Origin: Candidatus Thorarchaeota archaeon
Lineage (GTDB): Archaea > Asgardarchaeota > Thorarchaeia > Thorarchaeales > Thorarchaeaceae
Assembly: GCA_048882325.1 (NCBI GenBank)
Contig: JBHLRS010000008.1
Location: forward strand, 2,056 to 66,055
Length of the DNA stretch: 64,000 bases
Direction of reading: 5' to 3'
The position numbers and the translations under genes were made by a program. Below the pieces are notes generated by a model. The model searched no databases, was not told the origin of the DNA, and saw nothing but the letters and a program-made list of their open reading frames with translations. Of the stretch, positions 1 to 10,571 are shown one piece after another. Position 1 is the stretch's first letter; each line of letters begins with the position of its first letter.

Positions 1-1277
1 GACCCATGGTCAATAAGATATGAAACACCAACACTGGATATGTCAGTTCGCCAGTTTGAATCAGTGAATCTGTGAGAGTGAAGACGAGTCTTATAGTCAA
101 AAGACACACTCGTGTTCGAGGTGAGGGTTACTGAAACCGGACTGGTTGTCCAGTATGATGAGTTTACAACTGAGGCATAGTAAGTACCCACACCTGTTAG
201 AGCATCAGTCACTCCACCTGTGGCAAACTCAAGTTGAACTTGTTCTGCGGTAGGAGGTGTTGCCTTGATGAAAGAAACATCATCTAGATAAACGGTAATA
301 TACGCTGCATTACCAATTCCATCTGCAATAGTATTATTGTCATAGTCGTACCTTTTGTCCAAGGTCAGGTCGCCATCTATCACCAAACCTATCTCAAAAA
401 CAAAAGATGACGGAGCTCCTATGATAGTGATTGGAATAACCCCTGAGTCTGTCCAAACTCCTCGCTGTGCAAGCGTTAGAAGACTCATATTCCAAACTGT
501 AGAACCATCAATAGAAACAGTGATACTACAGTTTCCTGTTATTGCTACGGGTACTCCTGGATTTTTATCAAGCGGACCTCTTAAATAAAAGTAATCAAAA
601 TTCAGAAGAAAATTTTCAGTATAGGGAGCATTTTGGACTGTTTGTGTCCAGACAATCCGGGTTCCAGCAACGTGTCCAAAAGCATTTTGTCCCACTTTTC
701 CTCCTTGGCTCTCCACCATAACGTATTGACGACCGGAGTCGTCATATGCGGCGAGTTGTACATCATCGCTATAGGTGGCAGTATCATTGCTGTTCGCATC
801 CCACCCGAGGGGGTAATAGTCCACTGTTTGATTAGGATTGACATTGACACCAGGAAATCCCTGATTGTAACTTCCATTAACTGCGTAAAGCTTCTCTAGA
901 TTCCAAACAGACACTTCAGCTAAATCTGCAACCCAATTGTGCGCCTCATCTAAAGGCAGGTCATATCCAAGATTCTCAAAGGTGTCAGTCCGAGCTGAAA
1001 TGTTCTCAGATGCTGGATACCCTGACTGTTCCACCAATACTGGATCTAAAATGCCATCAGCAGGAGCAGCACCTGCGACACTATAGAGGTCAACACTATC
1101 AGGTTCGACTCTCTGAATTTGTTCCGGTATGTCCAAGTTAGTTTGGGGTGGAAGAAGTTTGTCTTCTGTGTTGAAATCAGAAATCGAGGAATTTGTCACA
1201 GGTACTATAGGAAACCAACTCATTGTGACAAACAGCATTGATAATATCAGTATTGAAGACAGAGTGCGTTTGCTCAT
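1..1277 (-). CDS. Large secreted/surface protein, partial (runs off the window's left edge); paralog of 1468-5502 and 5633-9163
   Basis: Not in ORF track. Manual translation from ATG 1277 (GGTGA upstream; alternative in-frame ATG 1286): MSKRTLSSILILSMLFVTMSWFP...GILDPVLVEQSGY...SARTDT...LPLDEAHNW...VWNLEKLYAVNG...GFPGVNVNP...YYPLGWDA, matching the N-terminal motifs of the two neighbours. Confidence 0.85.
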   Translation of the reverse strand, partial: MSKRTLSSILILSMLFVTMSWFPIVPVTNSSISDFNTEDKLLPPQTNLDIPEQIQRVEPDSVDLYSVAGAAPADGILDPVLVEQSGYPASENISARTDTFENLGYDLPLDEAHNWVADLAEVSVWNLEKLYAVNGSYNQGFPGVNVNPNQTVDYYPLGWDANSNDTATYSDDVQLAAYDDSGRQYVMVESQGGKVGQNAFGHVAGTRIVWTQTVQNAPYTENFLLNFDYFYLRGPLDKNPGVPVAITGNCSITVSIDGSTVWNMSLLTLAQRGVWTDSGVIPITIIGAPSSFVFEIGLVIDGDLTLDKRYDYDNNTIADGIGNAAYITVYLDDVSFIKATPPTAEQVQLEFATGGVTDALTGVGTYYASVVNSSYWTTSPVSVTLTSNTSVSFDYKTRLHSHRFTDSNWRTDISSVGVSYLIDHG

Positions 1278-1467
1278 ATCCCTCATCACCTGGACGTTCA
1301 TTGCAACCAAAGCCATCCCAGACAGCATGTCAGTTCTTTGTGAACCCAGTAATTAGTTTAATTACATTTGCGATAAGGTTCGTTTTATCCTAGGGATGAC
1401 CTCAAGCCTGTTTTTATACCTAAAACTTGTTGAAGTAGCTTTGGTGTATCAATCAGGAGAGGTGTTC

Positions 1468-4400
1468 TTATTCTGAAGAGCTTGCATCAGAACCATTCAA
1501 GAATTTCCGTAGATCAACTTCAATTGATGGGATTTCATGTTCCTCACAGGGAATCAGGAAACGCTTCTCAATGGCTTCACTTACGAGTGTGCATCCTCTC
1601 TCTTCAGACACTCCAAATCTTGAGACTGCTTTTGCCAAATAGATCGGTTTTGAACAATGCGCAGATTCCATATCAAGTAAAACTTGTTCAATGGAGCTGT
1701 AACGTTTTGGTAAGCTCTTATCAGGATCGGCTTTGTGATGCTTGAGAAGATTGCCATCCATAGTTTCATCATACACATAATTGAGAATCTCAGAGATTCT
1801 AGTATCCATTGCTGACGGGGGTGTCTTCTCCGTATAGAAATCATCCAGATATGTGCTGACCTGCATACCGAATGCCTCCATCATTCTGTTATGGCCTAGA
1901 GAGGCGGAACGCACTGTGATGAAAGCGCAGATGAGATTTGTAGTCTGAACAGCCCGAATAATATCTGAGATAGGAATTACATTCATGGCGTCCTCTTCAA
2001 ACATCTCGAACTCTTCACGGAAGTGTGAAACAGCAGATATGAAAGCAGCAACAATACCCTCCTCGAACCCACCCTTCACGATTCTTGAGTAGATAGGAAT
2101 ACCGCTAACTTTGTGCATCACTATAACGCCGATGATATTGTCCGCATCCTCGAATCGACGCTTGTTAGCAAGGTCGACCGCGAACTCTGCTTTCTTCTTC
2201 CGTAGATAGTATGCACGTCCGGTTAATGTTACAATTGACACAATGACAAGTGCACCTATGGGTGGAAGCACCGTTCTAAGAAATCCTAAGATTACTTCTT
2301 CTGGCCTTACTCTCTGAACAACATCAAAGGTATAATCTTGGTCGAGAGCATAGTTCTCTTTTTCTGCAAAGATTCGGAGCTCATACTCAGCATCTCCTCC
2401 ATACCAATCAGGCCTGATTGAGATTGAATAGATTCCAGGTGAGATTTCTATAAGATATCCTTGAATCTCGATATCTAGATATCTCACGAGTCTGTAGGAA
2501 ACTACAGCTTCAGCGATGTATTCACTAGAATCAGTATCGATGAGTTCTAGGGTAATAGTCAGATCCTGACCCTGAATCCATTCAGGATTTGACATATTCA
2601 CATGCATAGCTCTTTCCCTGACAAAAAGAATATACGATATCGAATCATCTTGGTACCCGATTTTGCTTGCTGTAATTGAAAATTCGTATCTCCCCATCTG
2701 ATTTGTTGGAAACTGGAGAAGATATCCTTCAGTCAGTGGAGTAATCGTATATGTTAGATTCAGATAACTCGTGAAATGGACTTGCAATGTTGCTAGGCTT
2801 ATGTTGGTGGGAGGACCTCCATAAACCTCATAGAAAACAACAATGTTGAGTGTTTCAGTTTCCGAATATCCCACAGATGAAGTACTCGCTCCACCAGCTA
2901 TTCGGAGTTGAGTTGAAATTGGAGTTGCTGTGAGAGTGAACGATGTAGTATTAATGGCATGATCAAGTACTGAGGCTCTAATCAGAATGGTGCTTGACTC
3001 AATGCCAAAAGGTGTCAGGAGGAGAGAGTAGTAGCCATCACCTTCGTCGAGTGCAGCAGTGTAATTGAGACTGGCTGCAGGCACCACACTTGCAATAGTG
3101 ATATTGGCACCTTCAAGACCAAAGCCGGTATTATTGGTATATCTGATCACCAATCGATATTGTTCACCATAACTGATTATGTCAGAGGTTCCATTCTCTA
3201 TAGTTAGGTGAGATCCTCTTGCACCAACAAAGAGGAATATTGCAGCTTCAGCTGCATCATAATTATTCTTAGAAGCTGAAATAGTGATTGTATATTGGCC
3301 AGAGTGAACTGCGATGAATTCGACCGAGTAATCTCCATTACCGATTTCAGTCAAACCTGACCAGGTGACACCATCAGCTGGTCCGGAGATATCTATGGTT
3401 ATGTTTGCATTTGTGATTCCGATGTCATATGAATCAGTATAGTTGAAAGTGACGAGATATGTATCACCAATTCCAATCAGGGCTGACGGATAATCTATTG
3501 TGAGTTCATTGTTTGCATAATTTATTGTGATAACAAAGGTACATGAAGCGTTTTCATAGAATGGCCTGCTTGCATTGACAACAACAAGATGAGTACCGGG
3601 TCCAACAAGAGATGTGTTGAATACACCAACCCATTGATTGTGGATTAGATCCGGAAGAAATTCGATTGTATCAGAGGACCAGTTAGCAACTATAGAAACG
3701 GCAGGGTCCATCAAGAACTCATTGGTGTCTGAGTCTTCAAAATAGAAAAAGTTGGATATTGATTGTCCACTGTACGCATTAATGTCGCTTAAAACCACAG
3801 AAATGCTCGTTCGATGACGAAGCTCAAAACTAGTAATTCCAAATGCAACTTCTGTGCCATTCGTCCATGAAGCCACAATCTTCCATATTCCTGCAGATGT
3901 GTTGGAGGGCCCAAACTCTAGCTGGCTTCCGTTTATCTTTCCTGTGGAACCACCACTTATTTCCTCAGAGAACCAAAATGTTCCATCAGGCATCACCCAA
4001 GTGATGTTGACGTTCTGAGGAGAAACTGGAATCGGAGTCACTCCACCTATTTCAACCCTTGGTTTAGAGATATCTGAGGTTCTAAATTTCGTATCAGGAA
4101 ACCAAGAAGATGGTTCAACAAACTTGAGTGTCTGCAAATCTCGAATATAGTTTGGTGCATCAATGTGGAGTTCCCACCAGCCTAGGGTGTATAGAATCGC
4201 AGTTGGAATAGTTACTTTTCCCTGCTCAACAAGACATGATGAAGTCATTGGTGTACCTTGTGGATTGTATACAGTGACATTTTCCCAGTCTGTTGGGAAC
4301 CGTATAATGAGAGTAAAATCATCAAGGTCAGGAATTGAACCGACAAACGTATAGAATTCAAGAAGTGAACTTCCAGTTGGTGAGGTGAAATGCACACCAT

Positions 4401-5502
4401 CATCTAGAAGGCTGGTTGACTTTGTAGAATTCAGATAACGACTGGTCAACATCGTAACATTATAGTCAAATGAATAAGAGAGATTTGAAGTAAACTCAAT
4501 CGCTACGCTGCTATTGGTCCAATATGATTCATGACGGGCGATACCAGTATCTATACCAGTGACGAGCTGTGTTATAGGACCAATATTCAGATTGATACCT
4601 GCACTGTCGAATGTGGGTGTTATCTGGCCTACGAATTGTATGTTATCAAGCGTGAATTCTATAAATTGTTGTGAATGATATGTATCACCAGTAAATTTCA
4701 GTCCGATCTTGAACTCAAACTGGCTACCAATACTATCCAATTCCACCGGTATATTGCCGCTATTGTACCATTGAGCACCAATAATGGTTTCAGTGGTGTT
4801 GCTCCAAAGTAGAATGTCATTAGCATAGACTTGAAGAGTCACATTTGGGTTCGCTTCAGGGCCTCTATCATAGAAATAGTCGAAATTCAGAATGAAGTTT
4901 TCCAAGTATGGTGTGTTGTTTACAGTTTGAGTCCAGAAAAGAGACGTCCCGTTGGCATAGAAATAATCGCCTCCTATTCTGTAGCCTCTGCACTTCACAT
5001 TAACTGCTTGATCTGTGCCCAAGTATGACTGAATCATTTCCATACTCGGATCGGGACTATAGCTGATTGCATCCCAAGCGTACGGATAGAATGAAGCGTT
5101 TCCAATCGGATTAACATTATCTCCCGGAACGCCTTCGTTCAGGCTTCCATTCTCCACATAGAGTCTGTTAAGATTCCATAGATTAACGGACACCTCTTTA
5201 CCAAACCAATTATTCACAGTATCAATCGGTAGGTCAGTCTTGACATTTGTCTTTGAGTCAGTTTCTGCATGAATAGGAGATGTGGTCTTGTTTCCAGTCT
5301 GCTCAATCACTACTGGGTCAAGTGCGCCCTGAAGCTGGCTATAGGCTGAGAGAAGACTTACATCCATAGGAACTAATCCAGAAGATTGGTTTTCAGATCG
5401 ATTCTCGGTTATAGAATGAGTCTGGCGGGGATTGGAAATGATATTACTACCACTAGCTAATACCAGGAGGACAAGTATAATGACTAGTAGTACTCGTCTC
5501 AC
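1468..5502 (-). CDS. Giant single-pass membrane glycoprotein: signal peptide, Ig-like beta-rich ectodomain, TM helix, cytoplasmic longin/roadblock-like domain
   Basis: 1344 aa; hydrophobic N-terminus; many NxS/T sequons; repeated 'G.Y.i.i.AsK.gY' units; TM VLPPIGALVIVSIVTLTG followed by RKKK; tail IIGVIVMHKVSGIPIYS...EEGIVAAFISAVSHFREEF. Confidence 0.75.
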   Translation of the reverse strand: MRRVLLVIILVLLVLASGSNIISNPRQTHSITENRSENQSSGLVPMDVSLLSAYSQLQGALDPVVIEQTGNKTTSPIHAETDSKTNVKTDLPIDTVNNWFGKEVSVNLWNLNRLYVENGSLNEGVPGDNVNPIGNASFYPYAWDAISYSPDPSMEMIQSYLGTDQAVNVKCRGYRIGGDYFYANGTSLFWTQTVNNTPYLENFILNFDYFYDRGPEANPNVTLQVYANDILLWSNTTETIIGAQWYNSGNIPVELDSIGSQFEFKIGLKFTGDTYHSQQFIEFTLDNIQFVGQITPTFDSAGINLNIGPITQLVTGIDTGIARHESYWTNSSVAIEFTSNLSYSFDYNVTMLTSRYLNSTKSTSLLDDGVHFTSPTGSSLLEFYTFVGSIPDLDDFTLIIRFPTDWENVTVYNPQGTPMTSSCLVEQGKVTIPTAILYTLGWWELHIDAPNYIRDLQTLKFVEPSSWFPDTKFRTSDISKPRVEIGGVTPIPVSPQNVNITWVMPDGTFWFSEEISGGSTGKINGSQLEFGPSNTSAGIWKIVASWTNGTEVAFGITSFELRHRTSISVVLSDINAYSGQSISNFFYFEDSDTNEFLMDPAVSIVANWSSDTIEFLPDLIHNQWVGVFNTSLVGPGTHLVVVNASRPFYENASCTFVITINYANNELTIDYPSALIGIGDTYLVTFNYTDSYDIGITNANITIDISGPADGVTWSGLTEIGNGDYSVEFIAVHSGQYTITISASKNNYDAAEAAIFLFVGARGSHLTIENGTSDIISYGEQYRLVIRYTNNTGFGLEGANITIASVVPAASLNYTAALDEGDGYYSLLLTPFGIESSTILIRASVLDHAINTTSFTLTATPISTQLRIAGGASTSSVGYSETETLNIVVFYEVYGGPPTNISLATLQVHFTSYLNLTYTITPLTEGYLLQFPTNQMGRYEFSITASKIGYQDDSISYILFVRERAMHVNMSNPEWIQGQDLTITLELIDTDSSEYIAEAVVSYRLVRYLDIEIQGYLIEISPGIYSISIRPDWYGGDAEYELRIFAEKENYALDQDYTFDVVQRVRPEEVILGFLRTVLPPIGALVIVSIVTLTGRAYYLRKKKAEFAVDLANKRRFEDADNIIGVIVMHKVSGIPIYSRIVKGGFEEGIVAAFISAVSHFREEFEMFEEDAMNVIPISDIIRAVQTTNLICAFITVRSASLGHNRMMEAFGMQVSTYLDDFYTEKTPPSAMDTRISEILNYVYDETMDGNLLKHHKADPDKSLPKRYSSIEQVLLDMESAHCSKPIYLAKAVSRFGVSEERGCTLVSEAIEKRFLIPCEEHEIPSIEVDLRKFLNGSDASSSE

Positions 5503-5632
5503 ATCCGCAACCTCGAAATCTTAAAGCTAGTCCGCTTGTCTGTTTTATAACTATACTTAGTATTGAAGTAATTAGAAATATCAACGCGTTTGTCGAAAAT
5601 TCGAGAGTTGGTTGGATGAGGCGTTATTATCA

Positions 5633-8600
5633 TCATTTTAGGGATAAAGCTGGAATTATGTAGTCATCCTCAATTGCACGAAGCATTCTGATGTAGACCT
5701 CATCTTCCCCAACTCCTGATGAAGTCAGTAAACGAATAAGACGATTCAGGTTGAAGGCACCGTCTTTCTCTTCCAAAGGGATAGCTTTTTCAATGAATCT
5801 CAGTCGCTTGGGGAATTTCTTCTCACCAATTTGGTATTTTCTGATCAATATACCATCCATGAAGTCATCAAACATCATTTCGAAGGTGTTGCTCATCTTG
5901 GCATCAATTACCTGAGCACTCACTTCCGCCAGGGGTTCATCAAACATCATTCCAATCGCACGGGAGTAACTTTTCATCTTATATTCTAGGTCGACCGATG
6001 GAGAGGTCACAGTGATAAAAGCACATACCAGATTCTCAGTTGGCACAACCCGGATGACTTCAGAAATTGGAATGATCTTGTAATCTTCACGCGCACCGTT
6101 TGAATCAAACTCATTTCGAAAGTGCATGATAGCAGTGATAAATGCGGACAGCATGCCCTCCTCAAAACCGCCCTTGAAAATCCTTGAATAGATTGGTACT
6201 CCGCTGAGTTTGTGTAGAACCATAAATCCCAGGATGTTGTTGGCATCATTGAAACGATCCTTAATCGCTTGAGCTGTTGCATGTTTCTGCCTTTGCTTAC
6301 GTGTTCGGGCTCTTTGCCCAGTCACAGCACCAATGATGATAATGACACCGATACCAATCTGCCATGAGTATCTCAAGAAAGTCTGCACAAGTCTAACATT
6401 ACTATCAAAGGTTGGGACAAGAGCTGCACTATATGTCTGAGTCATCACATGATTAGGTTTTTCAACAGATATACGAACGGTGTAAGTCCCGGTGTCCGAG
6501 GGTGGCATTGGAATTGTAACTGAATAGACCCCTGATGAGGTTTCGTTCATTTGGGAATAGAAGTAGATGACTCCTCCAGGACGATACACGCCTAGTGTCA
6601 CATTTGCATCTGTGACAGGATTTCCTGTGTCAGTTTCAACAATATTCACTTCAACATCAAGAGGAGTTAGTTCTAATCCAACCAAACTCGATATTGATTC
6701 AACTTCTATAGGTACATCATCAACAAGGAACGACATAACATAGAACTCTGTTTCATATCCCGTTTTTGAGAAGGTTAGTCGTATGCTGAAATCTCCTGTA
6801 GCTGCAGGAATTATGGAGAGTTCATAATGACCATTCCCTGTATTCTCAATTGCAGCCCACTGAGACCCATCCTCTGTAAGATTGACAGTAGCTCCTTCAA
6901 TCCCAGTACCATTGTGAGACATTGAGTAGAAAAAGTCGAAACTGTATTGACGACCATAGATTAATGGAGCGAGCGGACCTGTTGGCGGATCAAGACTAGC
7001 TAATGATTGAGTCTTGACTGTAACTATCAATGGGACAGTTTCGAAAAATGGCGCCGCTGAAACAATGTTTATTGCGTAATCACCCGGACCAAGAAGTCCA
7101 GTGTCAAAGTCAGCCTGCCACCAGTTCTTGACAATGTCAGCGACGAAAGACACATTTCCTCCGGTCCAATTACCAACCACAGTGGCACCATCATTTAATA
7201 TGTACAAACCATTCTCAGCATCGAGGAACCTGAGAAAGACAGAAACAGGCTGACCTACAAGAACTTCAACGGTAGTAGAATAAACTGCTTCGAGAACAGC
7301 AATGTGATGGAGAGAGAATGCTGTATAATCATATGCTAATTCAGTACCATTTGACCATAGGTACCTGACTTCCCATATTCCAGCTGTTGTGTTTGCTGGT
7401 CCAAATGATACAGAGGAACTACTAGTTGTCCCATCTGATCCACCTGTAGTAGATGACTGATACCATATACTTCCATTGGAAAGCGCCCAAGTGAAATTGA
7501 CTGGGTCAGAAAGAGCAGGAATGTTAGTTTCAGAACTAATGGTCACAGTCAATCGAGCGTCATCCCCACTATGGAATACACTCTCATTTACCCAGTTAGT
7601 CGCAATAGAGTCGAATCTCTCAACAGCAGCTGATGCAGCATAGTTTGGTATATCACAGGTTATTTTCCACCACCCAAGCCGATCAAGAATAGATTCGGGA
7701 ATTATGATTGACTGAGAAATGAAGGTACAGCTGGAGGTCACATCAGTCAAGAATGGATCAAAAACCGTGAAGTTTGTCCAATCACTTGCATGGTACAAAG
7801 TGAGTTTGAGATCTTCGTAGACACCAAGAAATCCCAGATAAGTGAACATCTCAAGAGTGCCACTCATTCCCGTTTCGATTTTATATGCAACACCTTGATT
7901 CGAAATATCGGTTGTCGAGCTTGAGCCATTAAACCTATGATTCAGAAGTCGAGTAGAATAGTCAAATGAAATGCTGGAGTTTGATGAAATCGAATATCTA
8001 AGTGAGGTTTTCGTCCAGTAACTCTGATTTGTAATCTGACTCGACCCAATACCTGAAGTACCAGTTATAGGTGAAGTTGAACCATTTACAGAGAACTCTA
8101 GGGCAACTGAATCGCAATCAGGAGGACTCGATGCAACCAAGTTGACATCATCGATGTAGACTGTGATTATCTGGGTGTTAGGTGCACCATCGGGGAAAGT
8201 GTCCAAATCATAATCAATATCACCGTCAACAATCATAGTGTTATTTATCACAAGACCGATTGTAAATTGTGCAAGACCTGGTGAAACTGGTACGGTGATT
8301 GGAACATCGCCTGTTGAGTACCAAGACCCTCGTTCAGTCAGGGAAGGCAAATCCACTGTATAAACAGGATCACCATCAATCTCTACCTGAAGGAAAAAGT
8401 CCCCGCTAAAACTGGAGTTCAACAGACCCTGTAGATAGAGATAATCAAAGCTCAGAACAAACTGGTTAGTATATGGAGAGATGTCGATGGTCTGGTTCCA
8501 AAAAACTGAGGTCCCTGCGAAATGGGTATAGATGTGTTGTGGATTGTTGGTAACTTGAGCTTGATTCTGAACTGAAACATATCCTCGGCCACCATCATCA

Positions 8601-9163
8601 TAGGAAACTAGTTGAATTTGTTGCGGATCTGTACTGTAGCTGGCCGCCTCCCAGCCAAGGGGGAATCCCTCAAGTGTTGAATTAGGATTCAATGTGTATC
8701 CAGGGAGTCCTTGGTCGAAGGTTCCATTCACAATATACAATCTCTCAAGATTCCAGATGTCTATTTCTGCTGTACTTGCCTTCCAATGATGATCCGTATC
8801 AATTGGAAAGCTATTTTCAGTTCCTGCGGAGGTGTCAGTACGTGCGGACATATTACCTGTTGAATAATATCCACTTTGTTCAACTTGGACTGGATTCATT
8901 GTTCCTGTCTTTGAAGGAGGAGTATCTATACCAGAGGGTGTGTATTGGAAAATTGGTGATGAAGAATCTAGAACTTCAACTCCTTCTACTTTGTTTTCAG
9001 TGCTAAATATTAACTCATCGTCAAGATGAGTTGCAAAAACACCTATTTTGGTCTGCAAGACAAAAGACAGTGGAAGCAGTAGCAAGAGCAAGAGAACTGC
9101 TCTAAGATACTGCGATGTACTTGTCTGCATCCTCACAACAACCATGTGTGTGTGTTCAAACAT
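5633..9163 (-). CDS. Giant single-pass membrane glycoprotein with cytoplasmic longin-like domain (paralog)
   Basis: 1176 aa; same layout; TM IGIGVIIIIGAVTG; tail ILGFMVLHKLSGVPIYS...EEGMLSAFITAIMHFRNEF. Confidence 0.75.
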   Translation of the reverse strand: MFEHTHMVVVRMQTSTSQYLRAVLLLLLLLPLSFVLQTKIGVFATHLDDELIFSTENKVEGVEVLDSSSPIFQYTPSGIDTPPSKTGTMNPVQVEQSGYYSTGNMSARTDTSAGTENSFPIDTDHHWKASTAEIDIWNLERLYIVNGTFDQGLPGYTLNPNSTLEGFPLGWEAASYSTDPQQIQLVSYDDGGRGYVSVQNQAQVTNNPQHIYTHFAGTSVFWNQTIDISPYTNQFVLSFDYLYLQGLLNSSFSGDFFLQVEIDGDPVYTVDLPSLTERGSWYSTGDVPITVPVSPGLAQFTIGLVINNTMIVDGDIDYDLDTFPDGAPNTQIITVYIDDVNLVASSPPDCDSVALEFSVNGSTSPITGTSGIGSSQITNQSYWTKTSLRYSISSNSSISFDYSTRLLNHRFNGSSSTTDISNQGVAYKIETGMSGTLEMFTYLGFLGVYEDLKLTLYHASDWTNFTVFDPFLTDVTSSCTFISQSIIIPESILDRLGWWKITCDIPNYAASAAVERFDSIATNWVNESVFHSGDDARLTVTISSETNIPALSDPVNFTWALSNGSIWYQSSTTGGSDGTTSSSSVSFGPANTTAGIWEVRYLWSNGTELAYDYTAFSLHHIAVLEAVYSTTVEVLVGQPVSVFLRFLDAENGLYILNDGATVVGNWTGGNVSFVADIVKNWWQADFDTGLLGPGDYAINIVSAAPFFETVPLIVTVKTQSLASLDPPTGPLAPLIYGRQYSFDFFYSMSHNGTGIEGATVNLTEDGSQWAAIENTGNGHYELSIIPAATGDFSIRLTFSKTGYETEFYVMSFLVDDVPIEVESISSLVGLELTPLDVEVNIVETDTGNPVTDANVTLGVYRPGGVIYFYSQMNETSSGVYSVTIPMPPSDTGTYTVRISVEKPNHVMTQTYSAALVPTFDSNVRLVQTFLRYSWQIGIGVIIIIGAVTGQRARTRKQRQKHATAQAIKDRFNDANNILGFMVLHKLSGVPIYSRIFKGGFEEGMLSAFITAIMHFRNEFDSNGAREDYKIIPISEVIRVVPTENLVCAFITVTSPSVDLEYKMKSYSRAIGMMFDEPLAEVSAQVIDAKMSNTFEMMFDDFMDGILIRKYQIGEKKFPKRLRFIEKAIPLEEKDGAFNLNRLIRLLTSSGVGEDEVYIRMLRAIEDDYIIPALSLK

Positions 9164-9207
9164 AAGCTAGTATAAGATAATATAACGTTACTGTGGATGA
9201 GTCGTAT

Positions 9208-10023
9208 CTAGTCATCACCATTTGAGAGAACTCGACCTTGTGCAATGACATCATGCTTGTGGATGCTCTCTAAAGATCGTGCTTCAGCAAACATCTCAAG
9301 ATCTCTGTCGTTGTATTTTTCCTTTGCATGCTGGAGAATATTTCGACAGACATCCTCAACTAATAATGGATTATCATGCATCTCTTTTGTGACATGAACC
9401 TCATCTTCAAGTTTCAAGAGTGAGTATGTCTTACTAGAGAATGACTTTTCGATAATCTCAATCATGGTCCCATAGGTAGGGATGTCATCAACCTCACCAA
9501 TAAGCCGAAGCTTGCCAAAAGCACGTTGAATGTGTGTGAGGCCCTCATTGTTAGCCATGCAGTGTGGACAGACTGTATTCCCGATGACCTTCACTTCAAC
9601 ATCGTGCATGAAGGGTCTACCTTCTTCCATTTTCGTAATTGCAGTGACATCACACACTTCCCATGTACGTTTTCTGGAAACTGGCGTATGACTCTCATAA
9701 CCAAATTCGAATTCAAACTTCACTTCTCCCCGTTTGAAACTGTGTTTCTTGGAGAGACCTTCAAGTATTCGCATCTGAATATGTTCAATTGATGAATGAA
9801 CTCGGAACTGATCGCTGAGCTCTTCTGTCATTGATTCAACTAGACGAGACATATGGACTCCTTTCTGTTCAGCTGGAAGGTCGATTGTGATGTCTACTTT
9901 AGGTAGGATATGATGTCGTACCCCACTCCGCTCAGTAATCATGAATGTCTTCAGATTCTTGACTCCAACCTTACTTAATTGGATTCTATGTTCGGGCTCT
10001 TCATTTTGTGTATCAATGACCAA
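9208..10023 (-). other. GTP cyclohydrolase FolE2/MptA family
   Basis: Motifs VGV, DLPAEQKGVHMSRL, TVCPHC, H.QR, NPLLVED, ESIHKHD. Confidence 0.9.
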
Positions 10024-10057
10024 ATTGGTACGCCTCTCTATCGGTTAGGAGCTATTG

Positions 10058-10507
10058 TTAATCCTTGTAGCAGCCAATTGAGCCTGCACTCTCACACACA
10101 CAGACTTTGACTTTGAATTCTTTAGGAAATTCAAGATGTTCATGTACAAACTTGGCAAGCAGCTCAGCGGTTGTGGCTTCTGTAGGGATAATAACACAGT
10201 CCTCTTCAGGAAAGACATAGCGCTTTTCACCAACATGAACCTCAATGAATCCTTCAGATTTGTTGAGTGTGATTGACTTGGACGCACCGGGCAACAGGAC
10301 TTTGTGGTCTAATGTATTGCATATTTCAAGAGCTTTTGTTTTCACCTCTCGAAAATCATAGACCATACCATCTTCGTTCAATGGACCTGTCAATCGGATC
10401 TTCAGAGAGTAGTTGTGCCCATGAAGGTTCTCAATATCTCCTTCACTCTTCAGAAAGTGGGATGCACTGAAATGCATCCTCTGATCCTTTACCTTCACAC
10501 TATACAA
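10058..10507 (-). CDS. 6-pyruvoyl-tetrahydropterin synthase family (COG0720), PTPS-III-type active-site motif
   Basis: HFSASH, ENLHGHNY, MVYDF, LDHK, TTAELLA; start re-assigned to TTG 10507 behind GGAGG (track start 10609 overlaps lig). Confidence 0.85.
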   Translation of the reverse strand: MYSVKVKDQRMHFSASHFLKSEGDIENLHGHNYSLKIRLTGPLNEDGMVYDFREVKTKALEICNTLDHKVLLPGASKSITLNKSEGFIEVHVGEKRYVFPEEDCVIIPTEATTAELLAKFVHEHLEFPKEFKVKVCVCESAGSIGCYKD

Positions 10508-10571
10508 TTGAAAGCCTCCAAGTATATGGCTGGCTACGAACAGGGATGCTTGTAAAACTGCCGGAATAATA

